A stretch of DNA of 64,000 bases from Octopus bimaculoides (taxonomy: Eukaryota): assembly GCF_001194135.2 (NCBI RefSeq), contig NC_068989.1, positions 40,116,213-40,180,212 on the forward strand, written 5' to 3'. Of this stretch, positions 61,501 to 64,000 are shown piece after piece. The first letter of the stretch is position 1, and each line of letters begins with the position of its first letter. The position numbers and the translations under genes are program-made. The notes beneath the pieces are model-generated. The model did no database searches. It saw nothing but the letters and a program-made list of their open reading frames with translations, and was not told the origin of the DNA.

Positions 61501-63607
61501 TCAGTCAACGGTCAATCATAATAATATATATATATACATGCACACATGCATTTATATTTCACTTTGGCATTGCGAAGTCAATAACCCGGTGTAGAAATCA
61601 ATACGTATGCCTCTGAACGAAATGTTAGTTGAGTACAGATCGATAATAAGACAAGAGATGAGAATACACGATTATCTAGTGAATTTCATTTGCTTACAGC
61701 TGTTTCCGCTAATAAGATGTGGTGGACTTATGTTTGAATGGCTCAGTAACACCTTGCTGTTTCGCCAGTGCTTCAAACATGAAATCCATTTTATTTGGGA
61801 AAGCAAACAGAAACAAATATGTACATACATATGTATATATGATATATATACGTATATATCGTATATACATATATATGTACATATATATATACATGCATAT
61901 ATAAGCACACGCGCACATATATACATATACACACAGACATACACACACAAACAACAGTGTTAGATTTAAAAGTATTAGATTTTAAAAAGCCATCTGTATA
62001 TCGATTTAGATACATCGTGAAAGGTAAATGAGCTGCGGTATTCAATTAGGAATACTATTCTGTACGGATACACTGAAGTAAGGTTGACGTCGACTAGATA
62101 TGAATAAAAGTACTGAATAAATGCCACAAATAATTATCTATGCTGAAGCAACTCTGTCATCTGTTAACGTTAGGTTGTTCTTCAAAGGTCTTCTGTTTAT
62201 ACCTCTTTACTGATGCTGCACTACTAACTGTGTTTGAAATAATTAGCCCACGGTCTAAACTTTAAAATGGATATCATCAGACCATTAAACGTATCCTCGA
62301 GAGCAGCTATTGAATTATACAGTAGAGGGTACCCATAGCAAACCCTTCGAAGTGTGGTTTGAAGAAAGTAGAGCTCTACCAAGACCCTAAACTGGGACCA
62401 CTAAAATACTAGTCACTAAGGATGCCATTTCATTATGATTTAATATTCACAGTTGTTCGTAAAAAATATGAACAGTTGATTAGGAGCAATTTATTTGCTA
62501 GACAAATTGTTCGTTGACTTCCTCTGCTGAGAATATAAATTGAAAGTAACATCTGAAAATACTGAAGAAGAGCAAGTTATGAAGATGAATGAATAATTAG
62601 TAATCGACTTTCTAGATTAGACTTTATAAGTCTTCCAATATAAGTTATAATCTAGTTTAGCAGGCAGATGTGTGCAGAAAACTTAAATGACCCTTAAACA
62701 GCGTAGCAGAAGTACGGTAAACCGATTATATTATTTGACGTTTAAGCTGGACTAGAATATACACAGATTATAAGAATATAAATACTGAGAAAGTGAGTGA
62801 TAGAGTGAGAGAGAGAGAGAGAGAGGCAGTGAAAATACCTGTCATTTTAGTCCTACCAATTTTCAACAAACGGTGTAACACCACAGTCTCGCTCGTGTCT
62901 GCATTTAGCAAAATTTCTAATTTTGAAAACATGCATAAGTGGCAGGTTCTCTCCTTGTTCGCGTTGTTATAAACATTGTCTGCACATGTAAACAGTATTC
63001 ATCAGCTAAATCAACTTCATCAGTGAGAAAGTGCTTGGAAAGGTCATAAGCATTGCCTTTATTCCCCCAATTGACAATGTAAAAGTGGTGAATGAATAGA
63101 ATGTACAAAGACATAAATACAATAGAAACAGCGTAGGTATTACTATTGTAAACCTGATTCAGTCAAGTCTGTTATATCGCTGAACATAAGCAAACTAAAT
63201 TTACCAAATAATTTAATATCTACAACACAGCGTGTCATTGTATCACATTCGTCATTCAATATGTAATGGATAATTTATATCAGCAAATCAATCTTACCAA
63301 ATAATTAATTATCTGCGATATAGAATGTCATTGTTTCACATTTGTTAACGATATTCTTACTAGCATCCGCAGATGTTCTGAAATTTAGTTTAGAATATAT
63401 CATAGAGTTTCAATATTCCATAATAAACTATAACACCTTAGGTTATAAGTTACATAATGAATCTTTTCAAAGAGTTACATAATGTACCGTAATAGAATAA
63501 CTTCTTCATTAGATTTTCATGTTTCCTTATTCAAAATATTTTCTACGTGACGGTATATATAATTTTCTTTTTCGGAATCAAAGAAATGTCTGATATTTGT
63601 AGCTATT

Positions 63608-63815
63608 ACTTTTTTCACTTGTTTCAGTTATTAGAATGAGACCATGCAGGGGTACCGCCTTGAAGAATATTTATTGGAATGAGACAACATGAGTATTTAT
63701 TTCATTTAAGCATGATACATATTCTATCAGCCTCTTTTGCCAAACTGCTAAATTACAGGGATTAAATAAACCACTACCGGTTCTCAAGCGATGGTGGGGA
63801 ACAAACATACAACAC
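63608..63815 (-). mobile_element. SINE family D, 3' half
   Basis: CTTGTTTCAGT...GACCATGCAGGGGTACCGCCTTGAAG...TATTCTATCAGCCTCTTTTGCCAAACTGCTAAATTAC...CAAGCGATGGTGGGG; the inverse of the 641-703 motif lies at its end. Confidence 0.6.
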
Positions 63816-63837
63816 AGACATATACACATAAATACAA

Positions 63838-63877
<40 letters not shown>

Positions 63878-63888
<11 letters not shown>

Positions 63889-64000
63889 TGTTGTTGTTGT
63901 TGATGTTGGCACTCCGTCGCTTACGACATCGAGGGTTCCAGTTGATCCGATCAATGGAACAGCCTGCTCGTGAAATTAACGTGCAAGTGGCTGAGCATTC
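63878..64000 (-). mobile_element. SINE family B 3' end with (CAA)n tail (continues beyond window)
   Basis: Reverse complement of ~23735-23830: GGCACTCCGTCG...GTTGATCCGATCAA...AACGTGCAAGTGGCTGAGCA. Confidence 0.88.

Noticed and set aside
63189-63345. ~65-bp diverged direct repeat at ~93-bp spacing
   Set aside because: An ordinary AT-rich local duplication with no further structure.
326-63973. Many listed ORFs rich in MYVC, YIYI, HTHT, SLSL, NNNN or LLLL
   Set aside because: They are translations of (TATG)n, (TA)n, (CA)n, (TC)n and (AAT)n microsatellites.

Overview
AT-rich, repeat-saturated eukaryotic DNA with 8 assembly gaps and very dense microsatellites. I found no convincing host protein-coding exon, rRNA, true tRNA gene or CRISPR array. 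The SINE families and microsatellite load look like an octopus (Octopus sp.) intergenic or intronic region; this is pattern recognition and was not checked against a database. Most supplied ORFs are artefacts of microsatellites or N gaps, and the rest are decayed transposon ORFs. Recognisable contents: one full-length IR/DR Tc1 element (DD34E), four mariner remnants (one about full length), three R4/Dong-type RLE non-LTR copies, a CR1/L2-like LINE, an L1/Tx1-like fragment, several Penelope-like (GIY-YIG) elements with hammerhead-like motifs, Helitron-like remnants, at least four SINE families, a MITE-like element carrying telomere-type repeats, and a 152-bp satellite with an internal inversion. 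The strongest cross-cutting pattern is that different retroelement families sit in different microsatellite types with fixed polarity. This includes a ~555-bp non-coding element that twice abuts, and is co-oriented with, TAA-associated R4/Dong copies. All translations, alignments and identities were done by eye, so boundaries are approximate unless stated.
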